Source: Ignavibacteriae bacterium HGW-Ignavibacteriae-4 (GTDB lineage: Bacteria > Bacteroidota > Ignavibacteria > Kapaibacteriales > UBA2268). From it: DNA of 64,000 nt. Shown here one piece after another: positions 1 to 10,584 of the stretch. Positions within the stretch are counted from its first letter, which is position 1, and every line of letters starts with the position of its first letter. The position numbers were made by a program, and so were the translations under genes. The DNA lies in assembly GCA_002839765.1 (NCBI GenBank), contig PGYR01000008.1, positions 2,541-66,540 of the forward strand, read 5' to 3'. The notes beneath the pieces were generated by a model. The model was not told the DNA's origin, did not search any database, and saw only the letters and a list, made by a program, of their open reading frames with translations.

Positions 1-780
1 TGACATTATGTGAACTAACCCAGTAGGATGAGTCATATCATGTAATGATGCATTTTGTAAGCTTTTCATTGATTTCAAGTTACCTTCTAAATCTAAAAAT
101 TTCAACACTATCGTATTACTATACGAATCTGCATTTTCCCCAACTTTAACAGTTTTAGCCTCTGGGTTACTTGGGTCCCCTTTAAATTCATCAATTAATT
201 CAAGCTTAAAAGCCGCTTCTTTATCTGTGAAAGTTATCCATTCTGGCTTCATTAAATAATCTATGTCTTTAGTATCTCCACCACTCATCATCTCACTGAA
301 TTTTTTCTTAAATTCATCTTTGAACTGTTGAATATATTCTAAAGGTACAGCCGAACTTGTTTTATCAATCACTTGAATATAAACAAATCTTTGTATTTCA
401 GTTTTCCCATCACTTTTTTGAACTACTTTTTCAGACCATTCTGCTCCTTCTAATTCCGCACCATCAATTACTCTATTTTCACTAAATGCATACGGACTAT
501 TCCAAGGATAAGTAGGCGCAAGGGGATCAATCGTAAAGAACCTTCCTAATCTGGTATCATCCATTCTATATGTATAATTTACACTATTTCCCTCCCCTTT
601 TAACTCATCGTCTTTCTCCTGTCCTTGGAAACCATATCGATACCATTCGCTAGACCAGTTCCGATCTGGCATAAGCATACCAAATGGATAGTAGGTATTA
701 GCAGATGATAAATCAACTTTAAATCTAGCCCCATCTTTTAATTTTAAATCGGTTATAGTTGCTCTCACATTTCCCAACAT
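1..780 (-). CDS. Orphan RHS-repeat-associated core protein with C-terminal putative toxin domain (partial, runs off window start)
   Basis: Not in the ORF track. Manual translation from ATG 780 gives MLGNVRATITD..YYPFGMLMP..YRYGFQGQEKDDE..RLGRFFTIDPLA..PWNSPYAFSENRVIDGAELEG (RHS core), then about 150 aa of variable tail ending HDMTHPTGLVH. Frame is open to base 1; in-frame stop upstream at 799-801. Confidence 0.88.
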   Translation of the reverse strand, partial: MLGNVRATITDLKLKDGARFKVDLSSANTYYPFGMLMPDRNWSSEWYRYGFQGQEKDDELKGEGNSVNYTYRMDDTRLGRFFTIDPLAPTYPWNSPYAFSENRVIDGAELEGAEWSEKVVQKSDGKTEIQRFVYIQVIDKTSSAVPLEYIQQFKDEFKKKFSEMMSGGDTKDIDYLMKPEWITFTDKEAAFKLELIDEFKGDPSNPEAKTVKVGENADSYSNTIVLKFLDLEGNLKSMKSLQNASLHDMTHPTGLVHIMS

Positions 781-884
781 TTTCCATTTGCTATAATCTT
801 ATTAGTGATTAACTTATCATATTGTTGGGAATAATGCAAACGAAGTTGAGATGTTTAAGTTTATGGTGGTGGAGTAGGGAAATT

Positions 885-1197
885 CTACTCCTAAAGGAGT
901 AGTTTTTTTTTCTAATTTTACAGCTACTAATATTATATCCCTAACGGGATATTGATTGGGATCTATTGAATTTCAATATCGTATAAATCCGTGCAATCAT
1001 TAAATCCGATTAATCCTTGATTCAGAAGTTAGTCCTAATAAACAGCAACCGACGGCTAACTGCAAAAACTCCGTAGGAGTTCAATATTAGTAGCCTGTAG
1101 TTTCCCTTAAACCAGCTACCCCGTAGGGGTAGAATAAAAAAGGAATTTTTTATACCTAAACTCTGCTAGCTACTTATATTATATCCCTTTGGGATAT
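885..1197. repeat. Cluster of REP-like palindromes (REPIN/BIME-like)
   Basis: Hairpins ctactcc-taaa-ggagtag (885-902) and ctacccc-gta-ggggtag (1116-1132). Units gctactwatattatatccc-N3/4-gggatat (923-952, 1169-1197). Inverted unit aactccgtaggagttcaatattagtagc (1067-1094). Confidence 0.75.
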
Positions 1198-1287
1198 TTT
1201 TATCGACTCTCGTCCTTTATCTATTCAATCTCACATGTCTTAGTATGTGGTATTACCAAAAGCCAATTCAAAAAATATGTAAAAAAA

Positions 1288-1316
1288 AAAAGAGACAAAT
1301 TTCCATAGGTCTCTTT
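1288..1316 (-). terminator. Probable intrinsic terminator after the DUF1573 gene
   Basis: aaagagac...gtctcttt stem next to a poly-A run (poly-U on the minus strand). Confidence 0.5.
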
Positions 1317-1344
1317 ATTTTTTCAATTCTATTTTCTTTGTTCT

Positions 1345-2034
1345 CTATTTTGTAGTACCGACCATCCCTCTTACAGGAATCTCGATTAACGGATGTTTCT
1401 TGCTATTTGTAGTTAGGACTATTTTTGTATCATAAACACCTTCTGTGCCTGTCTTCAATATACCTTCTACCGAGTTATGTGTACCAGCTTTAAAAACAAA
1501 ACCTTTTTTAATGTTAGTTTTAAGATTTTGGTCTGTGATAGATACGTTTGTTACTGTTATATCTTTATTTGTGTGGTTCGAAAGTACAATTCTTGCTGTC
1601 ATTTCTGTATTCAAATCTACAGTTCCCATATTCATAAATTTAGGGAATAGCTCAATTGGAATTTTTACATTAGCTTTTAGCAAAAAATCTATTCTATCAT
1701 TCTTTGGGTCGTTTGTTGTGAACTCTATTCCTTTGGTAATAGGGCCATTATCTTTCTCTATTTTCAAATCAACTTTTACAGTAGCTATGTCTCCTGGATC
1801 TAATAGCTTTTTATCAATTGGAGCTGTTGTACAGCCACATCCAGGTTTTACTGCGAATATTTCTAATAGTTTATCACCAGTATTCTTTATCTTGATAGTT
1901 GTTTTTAGAGGACCTTCGTTTTGCATTACTTTCCCCCAATCCTTTACGGGGTCGCCCACAAACTCAAATTTTGGTTGACTAAATGCTACAGATGTTATGC
2001 ATAATGCAATTATTATTGGTATTACTTTTCTCAT
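1345..2034 (-). CDS. DUF1573 domain secreted protein (two Ig-like domains)
   Basis: Signal peptide; IKNTGDKLLEI..VKPGCGCT motif typical of DUF1573; ATG at 2034. Confidence 0.8.
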   Translation of the reverse strand: MRKVIPIIIALCITSVAFSQPKFEFVGDPVKDWGKVMQNEGPLKTTIKIKNTGDKLLEIFAVKPGCGCTTAPIDKKLLDPGDIATVKVDLKIEKDNGPITKGIEFTTNDPKNDRIDFLLKANVKIPIELFPKFMNMGTVDLNTEMTARIVLSNHTNKDITVTNVSITDQNLKTNIKKGFVFKAGTHNSVEGILKTGTEGVYDTKIVLTTNSKKHPLIEIPVRGMVGTTK

Positions 2035-2139
2035 ATTCAATTCTATTTGTTATTTTCAATATCTACTAATGGCTAATACGATAAATATTAGTAAAAAGTT
2101 TAATTATACAAATATAACTGAAAAACACATAGGTTTACA

Positions 2140-3288
2140 ATGCTTTCATTCGAATTAAATGAACTACAAGAAACTATAAGAGATACAGCACGATCATTTG
2201 CAAACGATGTAGTAGCACCAGGTGCTTCCGACAGAGACAAAAATGCTGAATTCCCAACAGATATAATCCAACAGGTTGGTGAGCTAGGATTTTTAGGTAT
2301 GAATGTGCCCGAAGAATGGGACGGAAGTGGACTTGATAATGTAAGCCAATGTATAGTTATTGAAGAGTTTGCGAAAGTAGATGCCAGTGTTTCTGTTATC
2401 GTATCAGTTCAAAAACTTGTAAACTCCGTATTAGTCAGATCGGCATCTGATTCTATAAAAGAAAGATACCTAAAGCCAATGGCTAGGGGAGAGATGCTTG
2501 GTGCATATTGCCTTTCTGAACCAGAAGTCGGCTCCGATGCGCGTGGTATAAAGACTATGGCTATTGATCAAGGTGACCACTATCTAATAAATGGATCAAA
2601 AAACTGGATAACAACTGGTAGCAAAGCAGGTGTCTTTCTAGTTTTCGCACAGACGAATCCAGAACTGAAGCATAAGGGAATAACGGCATTCGTAATGGAT
2701 GCAAAGTCAGAGGGTGTTAGTATAGGACTAAAAGAAGATAAAATGGGACTGAGAAGCAGTGACACTGTTTCCCTTGCCTTCAATAATGTAAAAGTACCAA
2801 AAGAAAATGTTGTGGGAAAAGTCGGGGAAGGTTTCTACTTAGCAATGCAAGGACTAGCAGGTGGACGTATTGGTATTGCTTCCCAAGCATTAGGACTAGC
2901 GAAAGCAGCTTTCGACTTATCTGTAAAATACTCTAGCGAAAGGCATACTATGGGCGTTCCTATTAATCAACACCAAGCAATTCAAATCAAACTAGCTCAA
3001 ATGTCTATGAAAATATCAGCAGCAGAGCTATTAGTACAAAAAGCAGCTTGGTTAGACGATTCTGGGCAAGATGTTTCAAGACAATCATCTGAAGCAAAAC
3101 TATTTGCATCTACAATTGCTAATGATATTGCACGCGAGGCGGTACAAATTCATGGTGGTTACGGCTATGTTCGTGAATATCTTGTAGAGCGTATAATGCG
3201 TGATGCTAAGATAACTGAGATATACGAAGGTACATCTGAAATTCAGCATATAGTAATTGCAAGAGACGTGATAAAGAATGCACAATAA
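2140..3288 (+). CDS. Acyl-CoA dehydrogenase (short/branched chain)
   Basis: YCLSEPEVGSD, GSKNWIT, KMGLRSS, QIHGGYGY, IYEGTSEIQ motifs. Confidence 0.95.
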   Translation: MLSFELNELQETIRDTARSFANDVVAPGASDRDKNAEFPTDIIQQVGELGFLGMNVPEEWDGSGLDNVSQCIVIEEFAKVDASVSVIVSVQKLVNSVLVRSASDSIKERYLKPMARGEMLGAYCLSEPEVGSDARGIKTMAIDQGDHYLINGSKNWITTGSKAGVFLVFAQTNPELKHKGITAFVMDAKSEGVSIGLKEDKMGLRSSDTVSLAFNNVKVPKENVVGKVGEGFYLAMQGLAGGRIGIASQALGLAKAAFDLSVKYSSERHTMGVPINQHQAIQIKLAQMSMKISAAELLVQKAAWLDDSGQDVSRQSSEAKLFASTIANDIAREAVQIHGGYGYVREYLVERIMRDAKITEIYEGTSEIQHIVIARDVIKNAQ

Positions 3289-3970
3289 GAAAGATATAAT
3301 TCTTTTGCATGGTGCTCTTGGGACTAGTCAACAGTTCACACCATTGATTAGTCATCTTGAAGGTGAGTATAATATTCACACTTTCGATTTGCCTGCACAT
3401 GGTGAGCTTGCGTATCAGGCCGATGAGCTTTCTATGTTCAGCTTTGCTAATTATGTACGTAACTATATAATCAAGAATAATCTACAAAAGCCACTTGTAT
3501 TCGGGTTTAGTATGGGTGGTTTTGTTGCTCTTACACTTCAGTCCCAAACCAATATATTCAGTAAGATAATGACGCTGAATACGAAATTGGAATGGGATTT
3601 AGAGACGGCTGAACGTGAACAGAAAATGTTTGACCCAGAGATTATATTAGAGAAAGTTCCACACTATGCTGATCTGCTGATAGCAATGCACGGTGAAGAA
3701 AACTGGAAGAGCTTACTAGCTAAACATAGAAATATGATGTTTACAATTGCGAAATCTACACCTCTGACTGACTATGCTTTGTCGAAGATAAACATACCAG
3801 TACTACTGACAAAAGGTGATAGAGACAATATGGTGACTTCTGAGGAAACGAGAGTAGTTGTCGGTAAATTGTCAGATGCTGAATTCTATGAATTCGAGAA
3901 TACCGCCCATCCGATTGAAAAAATAGATTTGAATTTACTTTCAAGTAAAATCAAAGAATTTCTTATTTAA
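3278..3970 (+). CDS. Alpha/beta hydrolase
   Basis: LLHGALG, GFSMGG nucleophile elbow, GDRD, C-terminal His (TAHP). Confidence 0.88.
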   Translation: MHNKKDIILLHGALGTSQQFTPLISHLEGEYNIHTFDLPAHGELAYQADELSMFSFANYVRNYIIKNNLQKPLVFGFSMGGFVALTLQSQTNIFSKIMTLNTKLEWDLETAEREQKMFDPEIILEKVPHYADLLIAMHGEENWKSLLAKHRNMMFTIAKSTPLTDYALSKINIPVLLTKGDRDNMVTSEETRVVVGKLSDAEFYEFENTAHPIEKIDLNLLSSKIKEFLI

Positions 3971-4421
3971 AATATTTGCTTATCATTTCTTCTCTAAAAT
4001 CGAATATGCCATCGACTTTCTTCCCAATAAATAGCTTATCAAGTATAGGCCCCAATATACCTTTGCCTATGTCATAAGTAAGTATGTCTGTCATTTCTGT
4101 TGTATTCTCATCTACTTTACGGAAGTGATGCTCGTGATGCCACATTCTATATGGCCCAATTCTTTGCTCATCCACAAAATATTCCTTTTCACTGATTTTA
4201 GTAATCTCAGTTACCCAATTGAACTTCATTAATGGGAGAGGGGAGACCTTGTATCTGATTATCATTCCTTCATACATTTTCTTACCTTTAGTATCAGTAA
4301 GGAATTGGAATTTCATATCATCAGGAGTGATTTCGTTTAGGTTTTCGGGTCTAGAGAAAAAATCCCATACCTTATCTATGTTCTGGGGGACTATTGAAGT
4401 CCAAGTTTTTGTAGTTGGCAT
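3963..4421 (-). CDS. SRPBCC family protein
   Basis: VWDFFSRPENLNEITP..FVDEQRIGPYRMWHHEHHF. Confidence 0.88.
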   Translation of the reverse strand: MPTTKTWTSIVPQNIDKVWDFFSRPENLNEITPDDMKFQFLTDTKGKKMYEGMIIRYKVSPLPLMKFNWVTEITKISEKEYFVDEQRIGPYRMWHHEHHFRKVDENTTEMTDILTYDIGKGILGPILDKLFIGKKVDGIFDFREEMISKYFK

Positions 4422-6452
4422 TTATTTTTTTACTGGGGTAATTGCTTTTATTGTTACGGTTCTAGAGTAGAAACGTCCTTCTGGCAAATTATTGTTGTAG
4501 ATTATAATGGATTCACCGTAAGGGAAAAGCTCTTTTTTATTATTTGGGAATTGTGCCGAAACGGACTCTGTTCTCTTTTTCGAAAGAGTTTTATTGTAAT
4601 CTGATTCACCAATTTTATCAGAATAGCCTGATATTTCTAAGCTCGAATTATTAGTAATATTATCTTTTACGATATCGAGAATTTCCGAATTTTTCTTACT
4701 TAACTCGTATTTATCAAAGTCAAATAGAATTAGGCTATATTTATCTATTCGTACATCACTTATTTTGTCTCTTTCTTTTTTCTTAAGTGAGTTGATTGTT
4801 ACATTTATTCGACCAGTAACATTTTCTCTTTCTTCTTTAGCATTTATCAAATCAAATCTGTAAGTCAATTCGTTTTTATCTTTAATTTGGTAAGCTATAT
4901 CTTCTGTTATTTTAAAATGTGTTTTAAGCGGTGGATCTAATCGTCCACTCTCTTCAAAATAAGGCGAATTCTCATCGTTGAATACCTTAAAATTCCAAGA
5001 AAAGTCCTTTACATTAGTATCTAACACTGTATAGAAGTTAATTTCTTTAGTTATTGGAGTATATAGTGTGTCATTTAATAATAATGGTTCTAATAAATTA
5101 TCATCACTAGAGTAAAGCTCTACTCTCTGGTTTTCTTCTATTGATTCTAATTCTGAGCTTGTAGATGGTATAGTTGGTTTGTCAATAGATGATATGACTA
5201 ATCTTTTTTCGGCGATTCCCCAAGTATTTGTGAGATAATCTCGAACGGTTTTTGCTCTCTCTATTGGAAGAATTTTAGCTAAATCACCAATTTCATTCAC
5301 AGATTTAGTCCCAACTATATTCAATTTCGATTTGGGGTTAGCCATCATTCTTTCACCGATTATATTCAATAGATGATGATATATATCTAAAGTATTAACT
5401 TCAAATAAATTATTCGAATTGAAACTATAAGATTCTTTTTTATTCAGGGTGCTATACCTAATTGGCATAGCAGTAGAGTCTTTATCGAAGAAAATATAAT
5501 TAAGTAACGGAACCATTCTAATAGATTTCACTTCATCTATTACTACTTCATTTCGGTCTTGGCGTTTATCATTTTTATCAATTGTTACCGGACGAATTAT
5601 AACTTTTGGAGTGTCCGTTTTATTCACCGCTAAATTAGTAGTAACAGTGTCATCAATAACTATCTCTAGTAGCTTAGGTTCAATATTTTTTTCTAGAGCA
5701 ACTTCATTAGCTGATGCTCCAGCAAAATTATAAGCCCAATCCACCCCAAAGTTGATACTATTTGGAGTCAAATTCATTTCTTCGTTTGTAGAGTTCAGCC
5801 CTATATTGAAGCTAATATTTGGATTAAGGTACGTTGTTTTATTTTTACTTGTGTATAAACGATAAGCAAACTTACCAACTAGACTGTGGTATATGCTATT
5901 AGCTAAAACTCCACTGACATCTGTACGAGTTCTACTTCCAGATTCTTGGAAAACTCCATCGCTGGGAGCAAGCAAAATCTCAGTTTGGCGGTAACTCAAA
6001 TCATTTGGTAGGCCTAATCTATAACCAAATGAGGCATCGAATGATTCGAATAATTCAAATATAGCTCCTAAGCTAATACCTATAGAACTAAGTTCTGAAA
6101 CAACTTTCTGTTCAATTGTTGCGTCTTCCTTATTAGTACCAAGTAAATTTATTTGCTCTGATTCATTAATAATGAAATTAGACTTCATATTTGTATAATC
6201 TAATCCTAAAAATATCCAAGTAGTTTCGCCGACAAGATAGTTATACCCAGCGCCGAAGTTCAAACCAGTACTGAAACCAGAAGTAAACCCAGGACAACAT
6301 GTATTTGCATTTCCTAGATTCTTGAAATCAGAGCCATATAAATTCAGACCGAAGTTAGTACCTACATAAACGGTATGTTCATTAGCTTCTTCTTTAGAAC
6401 TAAGTCCAAAAGAGCCAATTATGATTAATAATATGGTGAGTATGCTTTTCAA
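4422..6452 (-). CDS. Outer-membrane beta-barrel protein with two OmpA-like domains
   Basis: Probable TTG start at 6452, just after the upstream stop, gives a signal peptide. N-terminal amphipathic beta strands. OmpA-like motifs IFFD..IVG..ERAKTVRDYL..NQRVEL and FDFDK..GYSDKIG..YNKTLSKKR. Confidence 0.8.
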   Translation of the reverse strand: MKSILTILLIIIGSFGLSSKEEANEHTVYVGTNFGLNLYGSDFKNLGNANTCCPGFTSGFSTGLNFGAGYNYLVGETTWIFLGLDYTNMKSNFIINESEQINLLGTNKEDATIEQKVVSELSSIGISLGAIFELFESFDASFGYRLGLPNDLSYRQTEILLAPSDGVFQESGSRTRTDVSGVLANSIYHSLVGKFAYRLYTSKNKTTYLNPNISFNIGLNSTNEEMNLTPNSINFGVDWAYNFAGASANEVALEKNIEPKLLEIVIDDTVTTNLAVNKTDTPKVIIRPVTIDKNDKRQDRNEVVIDEVKSIRMVPLLNYIFFDKDSTAMPIRYSTLNKKESYSFNSNNLFEVNTLDIYHHLLNIIGERMMANPKSKLNIVGTKSVNEIGDLAKILPIERAKTVRDYLTNTWGIAEKRLVISSIDKPTIPSTSSELESIEENQRVELYSSDDNLLEPLLLNDTLYTPITKEINFYTVLDTNVKDFSWNFKVFNDENSPYFEESGRLDPPLKTHFKITEDIAYQIKDKNELTYRFDLINAKEERENVTGRINVTINSLKKKERDKISDVRIDKYSLILFDFDKYELSKKNSEILDIVKDNITNNSSLEISGYSDKIGESDYNKTLSKKRTESVSAQFPNNKKELFPYGESIIIYNNNLPEGRFYSRTVTIKAITPVKK

Positions 6453-6453
6453 T

Positions 6454-9400
6454 CTATTTAGTAATAGTGAATATTTTTGTAATGATATCAGTTGGTGTTT
6501 CCAACCTGAGGATATAATTTCCGTTTGCAATATTCTTTGTATTAATTTCAGTTTGGTGCTCTCCTTTTCCCAAGTCTTTTGCAGCTAAAGTAGTTACTAA
6601 TTTGCCTTTAATATCATAGACGGATAAGTTAGTAAATCCATCTTCTACCAAATTATAATCTACAAAAAAATCTCCATTTTCTGCTATAATGTCTATTCTA
6701 TTTGGAGGACTTTCATCATACAATCGGTATTGACCATCAGAAAGACAAACACCGTCAAGTGTGAAAAGTCCGTCGTTTTCTTCTATTTTCTTTTGTAATA
6801 TTTCCTCGTCTCGGCTATTATATGCTCTAACATCTACAATATCTAAAACAGTAGTAATAGCATTGCCAATTGTTGGCAAAAAGCGGTTCTCAACTAAATT
6901 ACTCATTATCTCTTCATTGCCAATTTTAAATGTAATCTGGCGAACTTTATTAACGACAATCCCTTCGTCATTTAGGCGGAATGGCAGTAAAAGAGTTGCA
7001 TTGTATTCTAAGTCAACTTCCAATCGCGTCAAATCCAACGAGTTAGGATTATCAGTTATGTTAATCTTCACTGGAATTAAAGTCAAATTCCCAGGGAATG
7101 CACTTAAAGTGTCAATTGAAACAGTCATACGGACTGAATCTTTACTTATACCATTACCGAGTAGTTTTACTATGACGGGCTCTCTTCTAACATCTAAATA
7201 GAAATGAACTTCGGCGTTGCTAGCACCAGCAACTTTTGGTGTGTAAGTGAATTCTGATTTCAGAGTATCAAATGCATATATATGGCTCTTAGTAGTTGTA
7301 ATGTTATAACTATACTCGTTGTTTATATCATTTACAATGATCACACTATCAATTCCAATCGATGCTACACTTTTATTACGAACTACCCAATCATCTTCTG
7401 TTTTTTGGAGGGAAATATCTACGTTACCAAAATCAATAACTGGTTCTTTGTATGACCAAAGGAAAGTCGAGTTATCACCTATTTCTTCAGAAAGTAAATA
7501 AAAATAGAATTTACCTTGAGTAGTTTCAATCGTTCCTCTTGCTATGTTGCTTCCTGACATATCAGAGTTGAATCTGAATCTAACATCTATTTTGTCTTGT
7601 AAATCAACAGGCCCTACGAAATCAGTTTCATATCTTATATCGTCGATTGTAATATTAATGATAGTAACATCACCGGGTAGTACTCTAGTTATGAAGTCGA
7701 GTACTAAGCTGTCTTTCCTGCTGTTTATATATACTTTACCGAAGTCAATAGTGTCAATATAGTCAAATGAAGCTTCTTTAATAGACCAAAGTGAGTCTGA
7801 AATGTCCGAGTTGATGGTGTTATATTCCAAAGACCAAATAAACTCCTTCACATAATTAGAGTTATATACTATGTCACTTTGAAAATTATTCCCGAAATCT
7901 AGGCTGTCATTTATATTACCAGTTAGTACAACTCTATTTTCAGAAGTAAAGAGATTACCTGTGTAAACCGGCTTTTCAAGGTATCTCGTCCAATTTATTT
8001 CACCATTATATAGATTTGCAGAAGTTAGGAATATTGTGTTTGATCTACTCCTTGGTATTGTATCAGAACCAATTAATATACGCTCATTAGTTCTACCAGC
8101 TAGTATTATCGTACTATTGTCAAAAACATCTATATTCTTATCCAACATAAATTTATCATATTGTCTATCCCATAATAATTCATTATTATCATTAATTGCT
8201 AATAAACGAACTGATGATTCCTCTTCTCCCATGAATTTCGTTTCACCATCATAATAGGTAGTATCAGTAGTTCGAACTAAATAATAATTAATATCTTTAT
8301 ATGATTTATAATCCAAAGTAGTTTGATCAAAACTTTCATCGTAGGATATATAATTTTTCAATTTCAATTCTGGGTTGTTATAATCGTTTTCTACAGCCAT
8401 AACTCTGCTGAAGTTAGTGTCCAATTTCAGATGACCAGCTCCAGTTCCAGTCCCCCATAGTACAACTTTATCATCTGATATAGGTTGCATTCCTCTATAA
8501 TCAAAGCTCAGACTATCTAGCTTATAATCCCAATAATTAACTTTCTCAAAGTTCAAATCTGCATCAATTCGAGCTAAGTAATTAATACGATTATATTCTA
8601 GTCTGTTTATTACGTTAGTAGAGTCATAACTTAATTCACCATTAGTATTTCCAAATAAGTGTAATTTGTTATCAGATGCTTCTAATCCCTTGAAGTATGT
8701 AATTCCTGATACAAGTTGAAAATGATTTTCTATTAATTTATAAGAATCTAGATTTAGATTCTTATCTATTTTTAGTAATACTCCAGTAGAATAACTTGGG
8801 CGTTCATGTTTATAATTAAGATTATCAAATTCTATTGAATTAGCACTAATACATAATAGAAATATATGATCTTTAATGCTAGTCATAAGATAGTTAATCT
8901 CTTGTGTGTAAAACACGCGATGACTCACCGGATCCAAATTTTCGTCAAGTATTATCAGTACAGTTCGTAAAGCATCCTTATAATCTCGTATTTGTCCTAT
9001 TGTATCTAACTTAAGATTTCTATATTCAAACTTATCTTTAAATTTGGTTAACATTATGTATTGTTTATCACCGAATTTGATTATACTATTTACTTTAGAT
9101 TGCGAAGTTGAGTCTATTAGCCCCAAGCTATGAGTTTGAATTCTATTCTGAACTTTACTTGCCTCAGTTACCTTAAGCAAAGCTTCTTCCGTTGGTGTAT
9201 CGGGAATCTTCTCCCAGGGGAAATCTAAGGCGTTATAATTCGATACGATCTTATTCCAACTAAAACCAGCATCAGCTGAATATTCGACATTGTAACTCAA
9301 ATTACCTTCTGAATTTTCCCATCTAAGACTAGTGGCATTGCCTACATAATATTGCTCCCCACCATTGGGAATAACAACTTCCAGATTGTTTTCTTCTGGT

Positions 9401-10584
9401 ATATACTTGACTACTATATCTTGATCTTCGCATGAGTTTGATACTACTCTTATCACATCGCTAAAGTCAGTTATACCGTTCGGATTTGCAATTCTAATTC
9501 TCAATCGCTCTCCAATTGCTAGTTTAATTGGATAATCAGTTTTTGCAGGTTCCATAACCTCAAAACCTGAATAAAGCGAATAAATATCATTAATGACTAA
9601 TGTATCTTTCTTTGATAATATATTAGTATAATATACTTGAGTATTTCCTTTGTAAAATGTTATATTTTTAGGGTTAGTGTTGTATTCTATTAGTTGGTCT
9701 TTCGAAAGTATGAATCGCGTACTGTCTGAATATGTACCTTGATAGAATAAATCAATATCTCGGTCTCTTCCACAATTTTCTGAAATATAATATAGCCTAC
9801 AAACATCTAATCCAGAAGTAAGGTTAGCTAATGCTTGGAACACCGATTCTATCTTATCTTCACCCTGTAGATTATCAAAAGCAATGCCGCCTGTTTCATT
9901 AGATATTTCTACTAACTCTCTATCCATATTAGTATATATAGAAACAGCATAAAGGGTTATATCTTCATCCACAAATGATTTTAACAAATCAAACTTATTA
10001 AGGAAAGTATCTTCACCATCTGTAAGAAATACAATGATTTTCTTATACTTAGCCCCATTAGTAGATGCAATAGAGCCATCGGCATGATTAAGTGCCTTGT
10101 TAATGTCAGTTCCGCCACCGTTAAGTGGAATATCTTTGATAGTTTGCTTAGCTAGGTTTTTATCAGTACTATAATTTAGGACACGGTATGTATCTGCACC
10201 AAAGTGTGTAATTGCTATTTCTGTATCGGGATGTAGTAGATCAATAAATTTGATAGCTGCGTTTCTAATTACTTCTAATCTCGATTTACCGTTAGAAGTT
10301 AATTGATTCATCGAATTAGAATTGTCAATAGTCAAGACTACGGAAATAGGTACTGGACTTTTATGATTCTCACAGCTCAAACTATTTATTATTTGATCTA
10401 TTCCATTTTCTTTTAAGCTCATTTCACTTTTGTCTGGAGCTATTTTTTTTCCATTTTCATCTAGGACTATATACTCACAATTCAACGTAGGATATGCTTC
10501 AGTTCCAACCTTCGTTATTACAACCGATTGACTTAGCAGGGGGATAGGAAGTATGTAAAGTAAAATCAGTAAATAGAATTTCAT
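6454..10584 (-). CDS. Large T9SS-secreted VWA protein with Ig-like/ASH-like and cohesin-like domains
   Basis: Signal peptide MKFYLL (alternative start 10605). MIDAS DNSNS..GGGT..LTDG; PNGGE Ig repeat; IDFGKV/IDFGNV repeats; C-terminal VYDIKGKLV..GNYILRL..TKIFTITK sorting domain. Confidence 0.85.
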   Translation of the reverse strand: MKFYLLILLYILPIPLLSQSVVITKVGTEAYPTLNCEYIVLDENGKKIAPDKSEMSLKENGIDQIINSLSCENHKSPVPISVVLTIDNSNSMNQLTSNGKSRLEVIRNAAIKFIDLLHPDTEIAITHFGADTYRVLNYSTDKNLAKQTIKDIPLNGGGTDINKALNHADGSIASTNGAKYKKIIVFLTDGEDTFLNKFDLLKSFVDEDITLYAVSIYTNMDRELVEISNETGGIAFDNLQGEDKIESVFQALANLTSGLDVCRLYYISENCGRDRDIDLFYQGTYSDSTRFILSKDQLIEYNTNPKNITFYKGNTQVYYTNILSKKDTLVINDIYSLYSGFEVMEPAKTDYPIKLAIGERLRIRIANPNGITDFSDVIRVVSNSCEDQDIVVKYIPEENNLEVVIPNGGEQYYVGNATSLRWENSEGNLSYNVEYSADAGFSWNKIVSNYNALDFPWEKIPDTPTEEALLKVTEASKVQNRIQTHSLGLIDSTSQSKVNSIIKFGDKQYIMLTKFKDKFEYRNLKLDTIGQIRDYKDALRTVLIILDENLDPVSHRVFYTQEINYLMTSIKDHIFLLCISANSIEFDNLNYKHERPSYSTGVLLKIDKNLNLDSYKLIENHFQLVSGITYFKGLEASDNKLHLFGNTNGELSYDSTNVINRLEYNRINYLARIDADLNFEKVNYWDYKLDSLSFDYRGMQPISDDKVVLWGTGTGAGHLKLDTNFSRVMAVENDYNNPELKLKNYISYDESFDQTTLDYKSYKDINYYLVRTTDTTYYDGETKFMGEEESSVRLLAINDNNELLWDRQYDKFMLDKNIDVFDNSTIILAGRTNERILIGSDTIPRSRSNTIFLTSANLYNGEINWTRYLEKPVYTGNLFTSENRVVLTGNINDSLDFGNNFQSDIVYNSNYVKEFIWSLEYNTINSDISDSLWSIKEASFDYIDTIDFGKVYINSRKDSLVLDFITRVLPGDVTIINITIDDIRYETDFVGPVDLQDKIDVRFRFNSDMSGSNIARGTIETTQGKFYFYLLSEEIGDNSTFLWSYKEPVIDFGNVDISLQKTEDDWVVRNKSVASIGIDSVIIVNDINNEYSYNITTTKSHIYAFDTLKSEFTYTPKVAGASNAEVHFYLDVRREPVIVKLLGNGISKDSVRMTVSIDTLSAFPGNLTLIPVKINITDNPNSLDLTRLEVDLEYNATLLLPFRLNDEGIVVNKVRQITFKIGNEEIMSNLVENRFLPTIGNAITTVLDIVDVRAYNSRDEEILQKKIEENDGLFTLDGVCLSDGQYRLYDESPPNRIDIIAENGDFFVDYNLVEDGFTNLSVYDIKGKLVTTLAAKDLGKGEHQTEINTKNIANGNYILRLETPTDIITKIFTITK

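Noticed and set aside
1028-1060. GTTAG...CTAAC as an integron attC site (also gctaac-ttc-gttagc near 46687)
   Set aside because: Boxes are in the wrong order or only 3 nt apart; no integrase or cassette array
885-1197. Possible CRISPR array
   Set aside because: Units differ in sequence, orientation and spacing; there is no constant repeat-spacer period and no cas gene in the window
6453-6530. Long overlap between the VWA gene and the OmpA gene
   Set aside because: A TTG start at 6452 gives a normal signal peptide and removes the overlap
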